The notes below the pieces were generated by a model. It was not told the origin of the DNA and did not search any database. It worked only from the letters and a program-made list of their open reading frames with translations. From an uncultured virus (IMG/VR IMGVR_UViG_3300044641_005543) (taxonomy: Duplodnaviria; Heunggongvirae; Uroviricota; Caudoviricetes), in IMG/VR virus record IMGVR_UViG_3300044641_005543: 64,000 bases of DNA. The stretch is one strand, 5' to 3'. The translations under genes and the position numbers were made by a program. Numbering within the stretch: the stretch's first letter is position 1; each line of letters begins with the position of its first letter. Below, in pieces: positions 26,844-38,377 of the stretch.

Positions 26844-27836
26844 ATGTCCAAGAGAATTTTTTATGCTAGTCAAGCTGTGGGCGTAACTAACGTTGTAGAT
26901 GGCGATAATGCTGTTGTAGATGCCAATACTTATACTATTGATGGCGCTCAAAGCGTATCTCTTAATACTAATTATAATCTAGAACAGATTTTCCAGTTAG
27001 GCCGCTTGGACATTTATGATAACTATTCAACAGATCCCGAAGTAGAAATTACAATCAATAAAGCTCTTGATGGTCGCCCATTAATTTGGAATAGAACAAT
27101 AGGTGCCAATGCTGGTACATTAGTAGAAAAAGCCAACCATAGACCAGACATTGTTCTTCATGTTGATGAGGAAACACAGGCTGCTATTGATGCTGTTCCA
27201 ACAGCAGCAATTAAAATGACTGGCTGTTATTTAAGTTCGCTAAATTATACTTTTCCAGTAGATGGTAATTTTACCGAAGAACTAACATTTTTATCAAGTA
27301 ATAAAACTACAGATGCTGATGGTCTAGACGCTCCTCCAAATGCAGACCCTGACACTAAAATATTACGCCGTCAAAATTTCAATATTGCTGGATCAACAAT
27401 TCCTAGTGGAGTACAAGGTAAATGCATTACTAATATTACTATCAGTGCTGATCTTGGTAGAGAAAAAATGTTTTGTCTTGGACAATATCAGCCATATCAT
27501 CGCTATGTTAATTTCCCATTAGAAATTACTGTGGCATTTGATACCACTCCAGACGGAGATGCCGCAGATTCATTAGTTGGTCCAGATTTCAATGAGTCAA
27601 TTGTTCCAGAATGTGGACATCCTGTTATTGATAAAGAACCAATTTTCTTACAAATTTGCAGACTAAATGATCCTGATGATCAAGAGAGTAGTGAAGAAGT
27701 TTATCAATTTGATCTTGGGAGCGGTTGCAGTTTACAGAGCGTTAGTTACGGCGGTGGTGACACCGGTGGTGGCCTTGTAACAGAAACTTATACATATCTG
27801 GCATTCAATACATTCGGTATTACTTATATTCCGTAA
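26844..27836 (+). CDS. major tail tube protein
   Basis: GGAG RBS, own GGTGTA motif, beta-rich, precedes chaperones and tape measure. Confidence 0.65.
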   Translation: MSKRIFYASQAVGVTNVVDGDNAVVDANTYTIDGAQSVSLNTNYNLEQIFQLGRLDIYDNYSTDPEVEITINKALDGRPLIWNRTIGANAGTLVEKANHRPDIVLHVDEETQAAIDAVPTAAIKMTGCYLSSLNYTFPVDGNFTEELTFLSSNKTTDADGLDAPPNADPDTKILRRQNFNIAGSTIPSGVQGKCITNITISADLGREKMFCLGQYQPYHRYVNFPLEITVAFDTTPDGDAADSLVGPDFNESIVPECGHPVIDKEPIFLQICRLNDPDDQESSEEVYQFDLGSGCSLQSVSYGGGDTGGGLVTETYTYLAFNTFGITYIP

Positions 27837-27862
27837 GTAAATAATTATTAGGACAATGGATA

Positions 27863-28900
27863 GTGGATTTAGAAAATTTATTATATAGAATTATTAATGG
27901 ATATTATTATATATCTATTGATAATATTAAATATAAAATTATATCTCCAGATATTAATATTAAACAGCAAGCTCACAATATGTATTTGAATACTATTGAT
28001 GAGCATAAGTACGATATTAATTCATGGATATCTGATAACCAAATACAGCACCTATTACACATATATGGTATTTGGAATAAGGATCTAGAGAATAAGTTAA
28101 ATAGTATAGTTAAAGATTTAGAAAAAACTAAGATAGAGTTATATAAAAATTTTTATAATAGCGAAGTTAGAGCATCTATTAAACAATTAATTTCTAATAT
28201 TAATAATCATATCAGCGACTTACATAATAAAAAATATTATTTTGATTACTTGACATTAGAGTATTATGCTCAGAATATAAAGAATCAATATCTAATTACT
28301 AATATGGTATATGATATTGATGGTCATAGAGTATTTAAAGACGATAGTTTTGAAAATATTAATTATATATTTTTAGAAAAAATACTATATGAAATTCATA
28401 AACATGTCTTGGATACATCAACTATTAAACAAATAGTTAGAAGCGAATTATGGAAATCTTATTGGAATGTTAGCAAAGAAAGTATTTTTCCAGGAACTGT
28501 TAAAGATTGGACAGACGAGCAACGATCATTAGTAAATTTTAGTAAAGTATTGGATTCTATAAGAGAACATATGGAAGCTCCATCGGATGAGATTATGATG
28601 GATGATGATGCTTTAGATGGCTGGATCTTATATCAAAATCATAAAAATGAAACAGAAAAAAAGAAACAACAAATCAGTGATAAGTTCAGTTTAGATAAAA
28701 AAAGAGCAGGAGAAGTATTCTTATTAACTAATAATTCTGATGAGCGACAAGAAATTTATGGATTAAATGATACCCAAACAAATAAAGATATTAAAGAAAT
28801 GATAGAAATTACTCAAAAAGAAGGAAAAGTTAATTGGACAGATTTGCCACATGTTAAAAGAGAAATTAAACAACAACTAATGGCCGCAAGGACAAAATAA
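27863..28900 (+). CDS. hypothetical protein, possible tail assembly factor
   Basis: synteny. Confidence 0.45.
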   Translation: MDLENLLYRIINGYYYISIDNIKYKIISPDINIKQQAHNMYLNTIDEHKYDINSWISDNQIQHLLHIYGIWNKDLENKLNSIVKDLEKTKIELYKNFYNSEVRASIKQLISNINNHISDLHNKKYYFDYLTLEYYAQNIKNQYLITNMVYDIDGHRVFKDDSFENINYIFLEKILYEIHKHVLDTSTIKQIVRSELWKSYWNVSKESIFPGTVKDWTDEQRSLVNFSKVLDSIREHMEAPSDEIMMDDDALDGWILYQNHKNETEKKKQQISDKFSLDKKRAGEVFLLTNNSDERQEIYGLNDTQTNKDIKEMIEITQKEGKVNWTDLPHVKREIKQQLMAARTK

Positions 28901-28903
28901 ATT

Positions 28904-29203
28904 ATGAATAAATATCAAGACAAAGCTATTAAGGATATTGAGACCAGAATGCGTACTATAATGATAGGCGCATTATCTCGTATCGAAGATTCGTTAGGCT
29001 ATCTATGGAATCATGGAGACGATCCAGATAATGAAACACAAAAATTATTTGCAGACAAATGGGAAAATTTACGATTAGAATTATTAAATCATGGAAATAA
29101 TCAAATTAGATTAGCTGCGGACGATTTAAGATATTTTTTTCATCAACAAGATAAATATACATATAACTATCATTTTACTATTAAAAATAAAGACAGGAGC
29201 TAA
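28904..29203 (+). CDS. hypothetical protein
   Basis: 99-aa ORF within the operon. Confidence 0.6.
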   Translation: MNKYQDKAIKDIETRMRTIMIGALSRIEDSLGYLWNHGDDPDNETQKLFADKWENLRLELLNHGNNQIRLAADDLRYFFHQQDKYTYNYHFTIKNKDRS

Positions 29204-29205
29204 TA

Positions 29206-30021
29206 ATGGAAACATCATTCAAAATTACAGTTGACAATAAGGAAGTTGAATTAGATATCAAGGCCGCTACTTTAGCAGATCAAAGAGAATCACAAAAAAT
29301 CTATAACCAATCATTCTCAGATGCTGTAAAATCTGGTTCGATAGTTAGAGCTAAATTAGATGATTTATTAAAAGATCAAGGGTTGTGGGATGACAAGAAA
29401 GAAAACCAATTCAAGACCTTGCAAAAAGAAATCTTTGACAATGAGAAAAAGCTAGCCAAGGGTGGTATTTCATTAAAGGATGCAAAAAATTTGGCCATCT
29501 CTATTCAACAGCTTAGAAATGAATTGAGAGATTTAATTGCGGTCAAAACTAATTTGGATTCTCATACGGCAGAAGGACAGGCTGATAATGCTCGCTTTAA
29601 TTATCTAGTATCAGCTTGTGTGGTGTATAAAAATAATGGTAATAAGTATTTTAAAAATTATGAAGACTATTTAAATAGGGCTTCTGATCCGGTATCATTT
29701 ATAGCTGCACAAAAACTAGCATCTATAATGTATGGATTGGATAGTGATTTTGAAAAGAAATTACCAGAAAATAAATTTTTGCTCAAATATAAATTTGTTA
29801 ATGATAATTTAGAATTAGTAGATAATAAGGGTAGATTAATAGATGCAAGCGGAAGACTTATTGATCAAAATGGTAGATTTATTAATGAAGAAGGAAAGTT
29901 TATTGACAAAGATGGTAATTTAGTAGACGAAAGTGGAGATTTTCTAGTAGAATTTCAACCATTTTTAGATGACAATGGAAATCCAATTAATGATAACTCT
30001 ACCGAAGACAAACCCGCATAA
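29206..30021 (+). CDS. putative tail assembly chaperone with 7-aa (xxDxxGR/K) repeats
   Basis: directly upstream of the tape measure; helical; AGGAG RBS. Confidence 0.55.
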   Translation: METSFKITVDNKEVELDIKAATLADQRESQKIYNQSFSDAVKSGSIVRAKLDDLLKDQGLWDDKKENQFKTLQKEIFDNEKKLAKGGISLKDAKNLAISIQQLRNELRDLIAVKTNLDSHTAEGQADNARFNYLVSACVVYKNNGNKYFKNYEDYLNRASDPVSFIAAQKLASIMYGLDSDFEKKLPENKFLLKYKFVNDNLELVDNKGRLIDASGRLIDQNGRFINEEGKFIDKDGNLVDESGDFLVEFQPFLDDNGNPINDNSTEDKPA

Positions 30022-30048
30022 TTTCTTGCTTAATAATAATATACAATT

Positions 30049-30079
30049 ATCCCCTATGATAAACTCATTGGGGATTTTT
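30049..30079 (+). terminator. hairpin plus T-tract before the tape measure gene
   Basis: ATCCCC...GGGGAT followed by TTTT. Confidence 0.55.
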
Positions 30080-30099
30080 GTGTATATGGAGACTAAATA

Positions 30100-33000
30100 A
30101 TGGCTCAAGCTTTTAATCTAACAGCAAGAATTAATATGCAGGGGCCTTATAACTTAAGACCCATTGTATCTAAAATTAAAAAAGATATTGGAGCTATTAA
30201 GCCAGAACTTAAATTCAAGTTGGATCCAGCAGCAGCCAGTAACGTTAAAAAAATTACAGCAGAAATCAAAAAATTAGATTCTGCTACTAAAAGCGCTCAA
30301 AAAAGTGTTGGTAGTTTAAATACTCAATTATTAAGTTTAGCATCATCTTTTAATAATGCTGCTACCGCCAGTAAAAATGCTTCTAACGCCGCTGCTAATG
30401 TAAGCAAAGCAACATCAAATGCGGCAAAGTCTGCCAATCAAGCCCGAACTGCTATTGAAGAATTTGGTAAGCAGTCAGGATTAGCTATAAAAAGATTTGC
30501 TGCTTTTAGTAGTGTTACTGGTGTTATTTTCGGCATTACTAATGCTATTACTAATGCGTATAAAGAATTTTTGGTTTTCAATAAAGAAATTGTTAGATTA
30601 TCACAAGTTACTGATAAGTCAGTGTCTGATTTAAAAGGCATTAGCAACGAAATAACTAGACTGTCTACAACAATAGGTGTGGCATCTAGCGATTTGATCA
30701 CTGTTGCATCAACTTTAGCTCAGGCTGGTTTGAGTGCTGAAGATACTAGAGTTGCTCTTGAAGCCCTAGCCAAATCATCATTAGCCCCATCTTTTGAAAA
30801 TATCTCTGATACTACAGAAGGGGCCATTGCTGCTATTCGACAGTTTGGATTGCAAGCTTCTGAATTAGAGTCTGCTCTAGGTAGTATTAATGCTGTGGCA
30901 GCATCATTCGCCGTAGAAGCTGGAGATATTATTTCTGCTATTCAGCGTACTGGTGGCGTGTTTGCAAGTGCTAGTAGAGGAGTTAGCGAAGGCACCGACG
31001 CCCTTAATGAGTTCGTTGCTATTTTTACTAGTATTCGTCAAACAACTCGTGAAAGTGCAGAAACTATTGCTACTGGTTTAAGAACTATTTTTACTAGAAT
31101 TCAAAGAAGCTCAACAATAGAGCTATTAAAACAGTATGGTGTGGAACTTAGAGATCTTGAGGGCAAGTTCGTTGGTCCTTATGAAGCTGTAAGAAGACTT
31201 AGCGATGGACTAAGCAGAATTGATCCACGAAGTGCCGACTTTGCCAGAATCTCAGAAGAGTTGGGTGGTTTTAGACAAATTGGTAAAGTAATTCCACTTA
31301 TTCAACAATTCGCCGTTGCACAAGATGCACTCAATGTCGCACAAAAAGGTTCAGGATCACTAAGTAGAGACGTACAAACCGCTCAACAAAGTTTGGCTGT
31401 ACAGTTTGCAAAAACTAGAGAAAATTTTCTAGCCTTAGTTAGAGAAATAGGCGATAGTCAGTCATTTAAAGCAATTGTAAACTCTACGCTATTTTTAACT
31501 AACGCATTAATTGATCTTGGAAGAGCGCTCAAACCATTATTACCACTTCTATTAACATTTGGTGCCATTAAAGTTGGAGGTGGTATAAATCAATTTCTAG
31601 GAGGTTTTGGTCTTGCGTTTAATAGAGGTGGCGGAGGTGCTGGTGGTGGACCAATCGGAGGCGGAGGTGGCGGTTCAGGAGGTGGCCCCGGAGGCAATCA
31701 ACCACTAACATCAGCGCTATCATTAAATACAGCAGCAACTAATGCTATAAATCAGACATTAGCAACTCTTAATACTAGCGTTCTATCTTTAAATCAAAAT
31801 ATTGTAAATACTAATAGTTTACTATTAAATAGACCAGCTCGTGGATTTGCTAGTGGTGGTCTTGTTCCTGGTCGTGGTAATAGTGATACTTTCAGAGCCA
31901 ATCTTACTCCTGGCGAATTTGTGATTCGTAAAAAAGCTGTAGAATCTATTGGTGCAGAAAATCTTGCTCAAATGAATCGCGGTGGAGCCGTTCAAAGATT
32001 TGCCCAGGGAGGAATAAGCAAAAAATTACAGAAAAAAATTATAGATTCTAATAGTTATGAAAACTTTTTGACACAAAATATGTTAGATCCTTTTGGTATG
32101 AATCCAAAGAGTAAAATTTATAATTTTGGTATGGTTGGTCTGAGGTCTGGTACAAAATCTTCTGCTAATAGAACAGAATTGCGTAAACTTAGTAATGGAT
32201 CAACAGCTAGGATTCATGTCGGGTTCTTACAAGGAAAAGCAGGTTTTGAACAACAGATAGGATCTGATATAGAAAATAATCTTAAAAAAACCATTGTAAA
32301 AACAGCTGGTGCGTTTTCATCACAAATTGGCGGTAGCACAACCAATAAGACATTACAGCAACAAATATTAGGAGGGGCCGTACTAAGTAGTGCTGTTGGT
32401 AGCGTGTTCGAATCCGCATTACAAATGGTTGGTGCTCCATATATTGATAAGATAGAATCTATTAAATCTATGGATTTTCCTTTTGGTCTCGGAAGTGCTT
32501 CTAAATTATTTGGATCATTTCCAGATAATATACCAACAGATGCTACTCGTACTATTGCTGGTAGCGGTAAGGGTATTTCAGACTTTGTTGGACAAATTAA
32601 TAGATTTGTACAAGCAATTGCTGGTAATAAATTTACAGAAGCATTAGAACCTCTACCAACACCACAAGCTATGAGTGCATCCTCTCTTGCTCAGAGATTA
32701 ATAAAAAGAATTAAAAATAATATTGGTGATCAAAGTACAATTAATGATATTTTAGTTCCTTTTGGATTTAATATTAATAAAAGAACAAAAGCTGATAAAT
32801 TAACAGAAAACTTAAAAAAGGCACCATCTGCCATATCAGTATTAGAACGTGAGGGGTTTGCGAAAGGAGGATCTGTTGAAGATACGATCCCAGCATTATT
32901 AACTCCTGGTGAATTCGTATTTAATAAAAAATCAGCACAAAGAATAGGATATGGAAATCTTAATAGACTAAATAAAGCCGATAAAGTTCAAGGTTTTAAT

Positions 33001-36000
33001 AAAGGTGGCATTGTTGGATATGCTGCTGGCGGTGCCGTAGCTACAGATCCTGCTGTTATAGGAGCGGCGCTCGCTAGTGTATTATTACCACAAGTACAAA
33101 GACTAGCAGATACTTTTAGTAAATTAGAAGGAACAGCTGGCCAATTTGGTACAGCATTAGGTGGAGCTATTAGAGAAGCCAGTAGCACAATTTTAAGTTC
33201 TACAATTGCTCTACAAGCCGTTGGTGCATCACAAGGCACAGTGCGAGCTGCTCAAATAGGAGGAGGTTTAACATCAGCTATAGCTGGAGGTATAACAGAT
33301 TCATCAGCTAAAGCACTAGAAAAAGCATTATTAGCAAATACATCAGCGATTAATAAATTTGAAACTAATTTACAAGATATTGCTAATGCTCCAACTGAAG
33401 AATTAAGACTAGAAGCATCAAAAAGACTAGAAAAGGCATTTACTGAATTAGATATTAGTGTTAGAAATAGCAAAGATAATATTGATAAATTAGAAAATTT
33501 GAAAAATTTTGGTGACACTATGCAAAGTGTCAATATGATAGCTCTAACTACTGTTACAGCAATGACAGCTTTAAATGCCGCATCTTCCAAAGCTGCTTTA
33601 GCCGTCTCATTAAGTCAAAAAACGGTTGGTGTAATGGCCCCATTGAGTGTAGGTACTAAATTATTAGGAACATTTGGTAAAGCTATTCCAGTTATCGGAG
33701 GTCTTATAGGAATTATTAGTACTGGTATAGAACTATGGGGATTTTTTAATACTAAACTTAAGAGCAGCAATGAACAATTCGAACGTCTTAATAAAGCTCT
33801 AGATGAAACTGTAAAAAATAGTAATGCTTATAATCTTGGCAATAAAAATTTTGTTGAAAATATTTTACCACAGTTTCAAGGTATTGTGGATAGGGCCAGA
33901 AGTAGCGCTAATCCACAAGAGACTATTCAAAATGAATTATCTAGATTACCAAGTACTAGCGCACTAGACTTAAGATTTAGACAAAGATTAATACCAAGAG
34001 CACAAGAAATTGGTATCGGTATATCTCCAAACGAAACTGTTGCTGATATAGAAAATAAATTAATGGGTACAGGATTAGAGACTGCATTCCAGAAGATTGT
34101 TAAAGAGCTTCAAGATGTAGCAACCAAATCTGATGCCGTATCATATTTAATTGAAAAAGGGGGGATGGAAAGAGAACAAGCAGAAAAGAAGGTAAATGAA
34201 TTAGTTAAAAATGATCAAAATGAATTAAGAAGACTAGCTTCTACATATAATGCTAGTAAAAATAAAGAAATTTTAATGTCCAGATTAGTTGCCGACGCAG
34301 CTAATAGAGTTCAAGTTAGTTTAGTTAATTTAGATAATATTTTTACAAGAACATCAGCATTATATGAAAAATCATTAACTACTCTTACCAATAGTTTTGA
34401 AGATCTTGATAGTAGAACAAATTTGTTACTTGGACAACCGAATATAGATATGAGCAGAGGACCATCCAGAGATATTCAAACACTACAAAATTTAATGGGT
34501 TCTAGTAATCAAGAAGTAGTTGATGTGATGCGTAAGTTTACTCAAAATGCTAATTTACCAGGAGATCTTGGTGGACAATTAACAAAACAAGTAGAGGCGG
34601 CTCAAACACTAGAAAAGCAGATGGGAATAGTACTAAATAAATTAGCAGAGTCTGGTGTTGCTGGTAATTTAGATGTTCTATTAAAAGATACTTTAGGCAA
34701 AGCACTAGAAGCATCTATTGGGACAGGACCGGAGGCTAGAAAAACTATTGATACTATCTTAACAGAAGTTGGGGCGAATCTAAATAACTCATTAGCTCAA
34801 TCAAATGCTCCAAAAACACTAAAAGAATTAGCAAGTACTAATAAAGTATTAGACGCTACATTTCAAAGTGGCCAACGAAGTATAAAATTTGTGATTGATG
34901 CTTTAGATATTTATGCTAAAGGCCTTAAGTCTTTATCTGAACAACAAAAACAAACTATTGAACTAGAAAATCAAATTAGACAAAAAACATTACAGCGTAT
35001 TGAAAGCGATAAAAAAGCTAGTATACAATTTAGAGAAATATTTGATATAGAGGTCCCATTAGCTGATAGACTTGATGTTTTTAATGCTGGAATTAGACAA
35101 CAGACTGCCGGTATTGGTCAGTTGCCAGCCGGAGGAACAACTAATCTATTAGATATTAATGCCGAAAGACAAAGAATAGGCGCCAGAATACAAGATTTAC
35201 AACAACAAGATCAAACCAATAAATTAACTGGTAAACAAAGTGAAGAGCTTAGAAAAAATATTAGTGAATTACAAACATTAACTAATGTAATAGAAAAAAT
35301 AGCAGATGGCGGAGAACAAGTTAATCTGGTATTTGAAGCTATTGCTAAACAAAGAGATCAATTTAAAACACAACGCGAAGTACTAATTGATATATTAAAA
35401 AAATCACGAGATCCAGCACAACAATTGCAATTAAGAGCAGAATTTGAAGCTGTTATGGCAGTAGCTGGAGGTGGAAGATTTAGTGAGGCTCAAGCTTTTA
35501 GAGCATTAGATAGTTCTTTAATGAGAATGTTTTCAACCGAACAACAAAATACTATGGTTGATAGAATCATAAGTGGTTTGGGTATACAGGCCAAGCAGTT
35601 TGCTACGCCTGACGAAAAGACATCTGTTAATAGAGTATTGTCGCAATTTGCTCTTCAAGGATTGTCTCCTGACTTATTAGCATCACTATTCGGGGCTAGA
35701 TCTCAACAAAGAGCTGCTACTAATATACAAACTAATGAATTAGAAAAAGCCAGAGATAATAGAATACAAGAAAGTATTAAAACTATAGATGATTGGATCA
35801 AAGCATTAAAAACATCAGCACAATTAGTCGGTGAGCTTACACAATTAACACAGTCTACAGTACAGGGTCGTCCCACCCCTAAAGTTACTAGCGCTCAAGA
35901 TATTAAGACGATGTCTAGTATAGTAAATGATATTGCAAACTTATCTGTTTTGCAAGCTGCTGATGATTTTAATATAGTTAGAGAAAATTTATTTGATACT

Positions 36001-36606
36001 ACGGAAATAAATAATTTAAATGAAAGGCTTACCAGACTACAAAATGAAGGTAGAGGCTTTGGAGGAAAAGACGGTATTGGTGTTGAGCTTCAAAGATTTT
36101 TAGTACAAAAACAATTATCTCCAGAATTTCAAGTTTTAAATCCACAATTAACTGAACTTGTTACTCGTATTTCAAGACTTATTCAAGAATCTAATAAAGC
36201 TCAACAAACACAACCAGCTCCAGCATTTAATCCTCGCACTCAACCAATACCAGCAGCAGCACTAGATCCTCGTGCTACAGAAAGATTTTCCACATCAGCC
36301 ACACAACTAGCATCTGCTCTTACAGGAGATAATACTAACATTACTCAACTATCCACTGCTGTTAATAGTTTAACACCAGCTACTAATGATCTTAAGAATG
36401 CTGTTAATCAATTATCAGCACTATTTAAAGACGGAAAGATTCAAATTTCTCAAGAAACCAAGGGACAAGTTGATGTAAACTTTAATAATAGCTTACCAAT
36501 CGAACGAGACGCTAATTCTGATAATAGATTTTTAGAACAGGTTGGCCGTATCGCTCAAGATACTATTAGTGAACAATTAAGATCATTTATAAGACAATAT
36601 TCATAA
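30100..36606 (+). CDS. tail tape measure protein
   Basis: 2168 aa, Ala/Leu/Gln-rich and helical; TP901-like core; FAxGG...LTPGEFV motifs. Confidence 0.9.
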   Translation: MAQAFNLTARINMQGPYNLRPIVSKIKKDIGAIKPELKFKLDPAAASNVKKITAEIKKLDSATKSAQKSVGSLNTQLLSLASSFNNAATASKNASNAAANVSKATSNAAKSANQARTAIEEFGKQSGLAIKRFAAFSSVTGVIFGITNAITNAYKEFLVFNKEIVRLSQVTDKSVSDLKGISNEITRLSTTIGVASSDLITVASTLAQAGLSAEDTRVALEALAKSSLAPSFENISDTTEGAIAAIRQFGLQASELESALGSINAVAASFAVEAGDIISAIQRTGGVFASASRGVSEGTDALNEFVAIFTSIRQTTRESAETIATGLRTIFTRIQRSSTIELLKQYGVELRDLEGKFVGPYEAVRRLSDGLSRIDPRSADFARISEELGGFRQIGKVIPLIQQFAVAQDALNVAQKGSGSLSRDVQTAQQSLAVQFAKTRENFLALVREIGDSQSFKAIVNSTLFLTNALIDLGRALKPLLPLLLTFGAIKVGGGINQFLGGFGLAFNRGGGGAGGGPIGGGGGGSGGGPGGNQPLTSALSLNTAATNAINQTLATLNTSVLSLNQNIVNTNSLLLNRPARGFASGGLVPGRGNSDTFRANLTPGEFVIRKKAVESIGAENLAQMNRGGAVQRFAQGGISKKLQKKIIDSNSYENFLTQNMLDPFGMNPKSKIYNFGMVGLRSGTKSSANRTELRKLSNGSTARIHVGFLQGKAGFEQQIGSDIENNLKKTIVKTAGAFSSQIGGSTTNKTLQQQILGGAVLSSAVGSVFESALQMVGAPYIDKIESIKSMDFPFGLGSASKLFGSFPDNIPTDATRTIAGSGKGISDFVGQINRFVQAIAGNKFTEALEPLPTPQAMSASSLAQRLIKRIKNNIGDQSTINDILVPFGFNINKRTKADKLTENLKKAPSAISVLEREGFAKGGSVEDTIPALLTPGEFVFNKKSAQRIGYGNLNRLNKADKVQGFNKGGIVGYAAGGAVATDPAVIGAALASVLLPQVQRLADTFSKLEGTAGQFGTALGGAIREASSTILSSTIALQAVGASQGTVRAAQIGGGLTSAIAGGITDSSAKALEKALLANTSAINKFETNLQDIANAPTEELRLEASKRLEKAFTELDISVRNSKDNIDKLENLKNFGDTMQSVNMIALTTVTAMTALNAASSKAALAVSLSQKTVGVMAPLSVGTKLLGTFGKAIPVIGGLIGIISTGIELWGFFNTKLKSSNEQFERLNKALDETVKNSNAYNLGNKNFVENILPQFQGIVDRARSSANPQETIQNELSRLPSTSALDLRFRQRLIPRAQEIGIGISPNETVADIENKLMGTGLETAFQKIVKELQDVATKSDAVSYLIEKGGMEREQAEKKVNELVKNDQNELRRLASTYNASKNKEILMSRLVADAANRVQVSLVNLDNIFTRTSALYEKSLTTLTNSFEDLDSRTNLLLGQPNIDMSRGPSRDIQTLQNLMGSSNQEVVDVMRKFTQNANLPGDLGGQLTKQVEAAQTLEKQMGIVLNKLAESGVAGNLDVLLKDTLGKALEASIGTGPEARKTIDTILTEVGANLNNSLAQSNAPKTLKELASTNKVLDATFQSGQRSIKFVIDALDIYAKGLKSLSEQQKQTIELENQIRQKTLQRIESDKKASIQFREIFDIEVPLADRLDVFNAGIRQQTAGIGQLPAGGTTNLLDINAERQRIGARIQDLQQQDQTNKLTGKQSEELRKNISELQTLTNVIEKIADGGEQVNLVFEAIAKQRDQFKTQREVLIDILKKSRDPAQQLQLRAEFEAVMAVAGGGRFSEAQAFRALDSSLMRMFSTEQQNTMVDRIISGLGIQAKQFATPDEKTSVNRVLSQFALQGLSPDLLASLFGARSQQRAATNIQTNELEKARDNRIQESIKTIDDWIKALKTSAQLVGELTQLTQSTVQGRPTPKVTSAQDIKTMSSIVNDIANLSVLQAADDFNIVRENLFDTTEINNLNERLTRLQNEGRGFGGKDGIGVELQRFLVQKQLSPEFQVLNPQLTELVTRISRLIQESNKAQQTQPAPAFNPRTQPIPAAALDPRATERFSTSATQLASALTGDNTNITQLSTAVNSLTPATNDLKNAVNQLSALFKDGKIQISQETKGQVDVNFNNSLPIERDANSDNRFLEQVGRIAQDTISEQLRSFIRQYS

Positions 36607-36619
36607 TAAGGATTATATT

Positions 36620-38377
36620 ATGCCAACTATTAATTCAACATGTGATACATTCACAATTTTTGAAAATGGACCACCAGATGTGGGAGCATCTGTTACAGTG
36701 GCAGGAATACAACTAATACCATCTCCATTTGTTAATTTAACAGTGGAAAAATATAGGGTGGGTGAAAAGGTTATTGGTGGCATTTTAAAATTAACTCTTA
36801 ATGGTACAATTGTTGGTAATAGTTTTAATGGTGTTGTAGATGGTGTTGGATCAGGCACTGGCATAAAACAAATATTAGAATTGGCACAGTCTAAGGGTTG
36901 TGTTTGCGTAGAAATCAAATGCTCTTCAACATTAATTAATGGTCATGGTCGCATAGTCTCTGTTTCTGTCAACGAAGGTAATCAGCCAACATGGGTTAAT
37001 ATTGCCCCATATACTATAGAAATTGAATTAATAGATAATGATATATTTGATGGTGGTGATAATAGAATTGTTATTCCTGATACAGAAGATGGCGATACAG
37101 ATTATAATTATGTTTTAAAAAATATATCAGAATCATTATCCTGGAGTATTAATGATGAAACATTTAATTGGGGTAGTCCATGCTCTGGAGTTAATCCTCC
37201 CGAAATTGATGGTTTTGGTAATAGACATATAAAAGTTAATTTTAACATTAGTGCAGCAGGAGTCGAGGGAATTGTTGATTGTCCATGTAGCGGCGAATCG
37301 CCGACGGAAACATCCGATAAACTATACGGCTTGGCAGCTGCCGAAAAATATTTGCAAACCAGATTAACAGATCTAACAAGTAATCCTCCAGGCGCAAAAT
37401 CGTTATTCGATATTGAAAATTTTAACGATCCACCAGACGATGAAATTCTTGGTGCTTTTAATGAATATATTGGTGGAGATTCTTTTTTAGATTTTAGAAA
37501 TATAGAAATTAATCCTATTGATAATAGTATTAATATTAGTGGAGAAATTATATATAGACCTAGCGGATGTTTAAATCCTGAAGTATTTACTACTCTTAAT
37601 GTTGAACATAATATAACAGTAGATGAAGAAACTATTACCATTAGTGGTAATATAATAGGATTAGTAGATAATAATTTTGATGAAATTATTCAATTAAATC
37701 CTAATGATTTTACAGATTGTGAGTTTAGTACTCGTATAAATAATGCAGAAAGTTTTTTAAACAAAATCAATGTTCCAGAAGAATTAATCAATATAGCAAA
37801 TTGTTATGCTAAAAAAGAACCATATCCAAAAGGATATATAGAAGATGAGTGTCCTTTTAGTAGCGGTAGTGGCGTTTGTGAGGTTACTCCTACCAGCCCA
37901 ACTGAACCACCGGTGGAATTATGTGATATGAGAATTATTAATTCTCAAATTGGTCGTAATATTTCTAATGGAGAAATTAATTTTTCTTTTACTCTATCTA
38001 ATTCTCCCAGTTGTGAAGTACTAGGAACAACACGATTAGATGTTAATATCACACATGATAAACCACATGATAATATTGTTGAAATTATAATTCCAGGTAG
38101 AGGCAGCAAAGGCCCACTCATTCAAAATTTATGCTGCAACTCTGCTGAAAAATATGACCTTAGCATAGACGCAACATTGAATCGTAAAAGTTGCAGTTTT
38201 GATATTAAAAAAGGAGTTATCGACCAACTTAGAAAATGTGCGGATAAAAAATTACAAGACCTTGTTACTGATCAAGACATTGATATATCTTGTTGGTTTA
38301 AAACTAATGATATTGAGACAATAGGAAATACTTCATATAAATTATCTAGGACCTATGTAAAACCTTCTTGTCCATAA
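36620..38377 (+). CDS. Cys-rich tail protein (distal-tail position)
   Basis: immediately follows the tape measure gene. Confidence 0.55.
   Translation: MPTINSTCDTFTIFENGPPDVGASVTVAGIQLIPSPFVNLTVEKYRVGEKVIGGILKLTLNGTIVGNSFNGVVDGVGSGTGIKQILELAQSKGCVCVEIKCSSTLINGHGRIVSVSVNEGNQPTWVNIAPYTIEIELIDNDIFDGGDNRIVIPDTEDGDTDYNYVLKNISESLSWSINDETFNWGSPCSGVNPPEIDGFGNRHIKVNFNISAAGVEGIVDCPCSGESPTETSDKLYGLAAAEKYLQTRLTDLTSNPPGAKSLFDIENFNDPPDDEILGAFNEYIGGDSFLDFRNIEINPIDNSINISGEIIYRPSGCLNPEVFTTLNVEHNITVDEETITISGNIIGLVDNNFDEIIQLNPNDFTDCEFSTRINNAESFLNKINVPEELINIANCYAKKEPYPKGYIEDECPFSSGSGVCEVTPTSPTEPPVELCDMRIINSQIGRNISNGEINFSFTLSNSPSCEVLGTTRLDVNITHDKPHDNIVEIIIPGRGSKGPLIQNLCCNSAEKYDLSIDATLNRKSCSFDIKKGVIDQLRKCADKKLQDLVTDQDIDISCWFKTNDIETIGNTSYKLSRTYVKPSCP

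Noticed and set aside
27863..30021. Lambda G/GT-type programmed frameshift in the tail chaperones
   Set aside because: Each ORF has its own start codon, and I found no convincing slippery site joining them.
31627..33030. Gly-rich linker and repeated FAxGG/LTPGEFV motifs in the tape measure
   Set aside because: These are common features of tape measure proteins and not novel.
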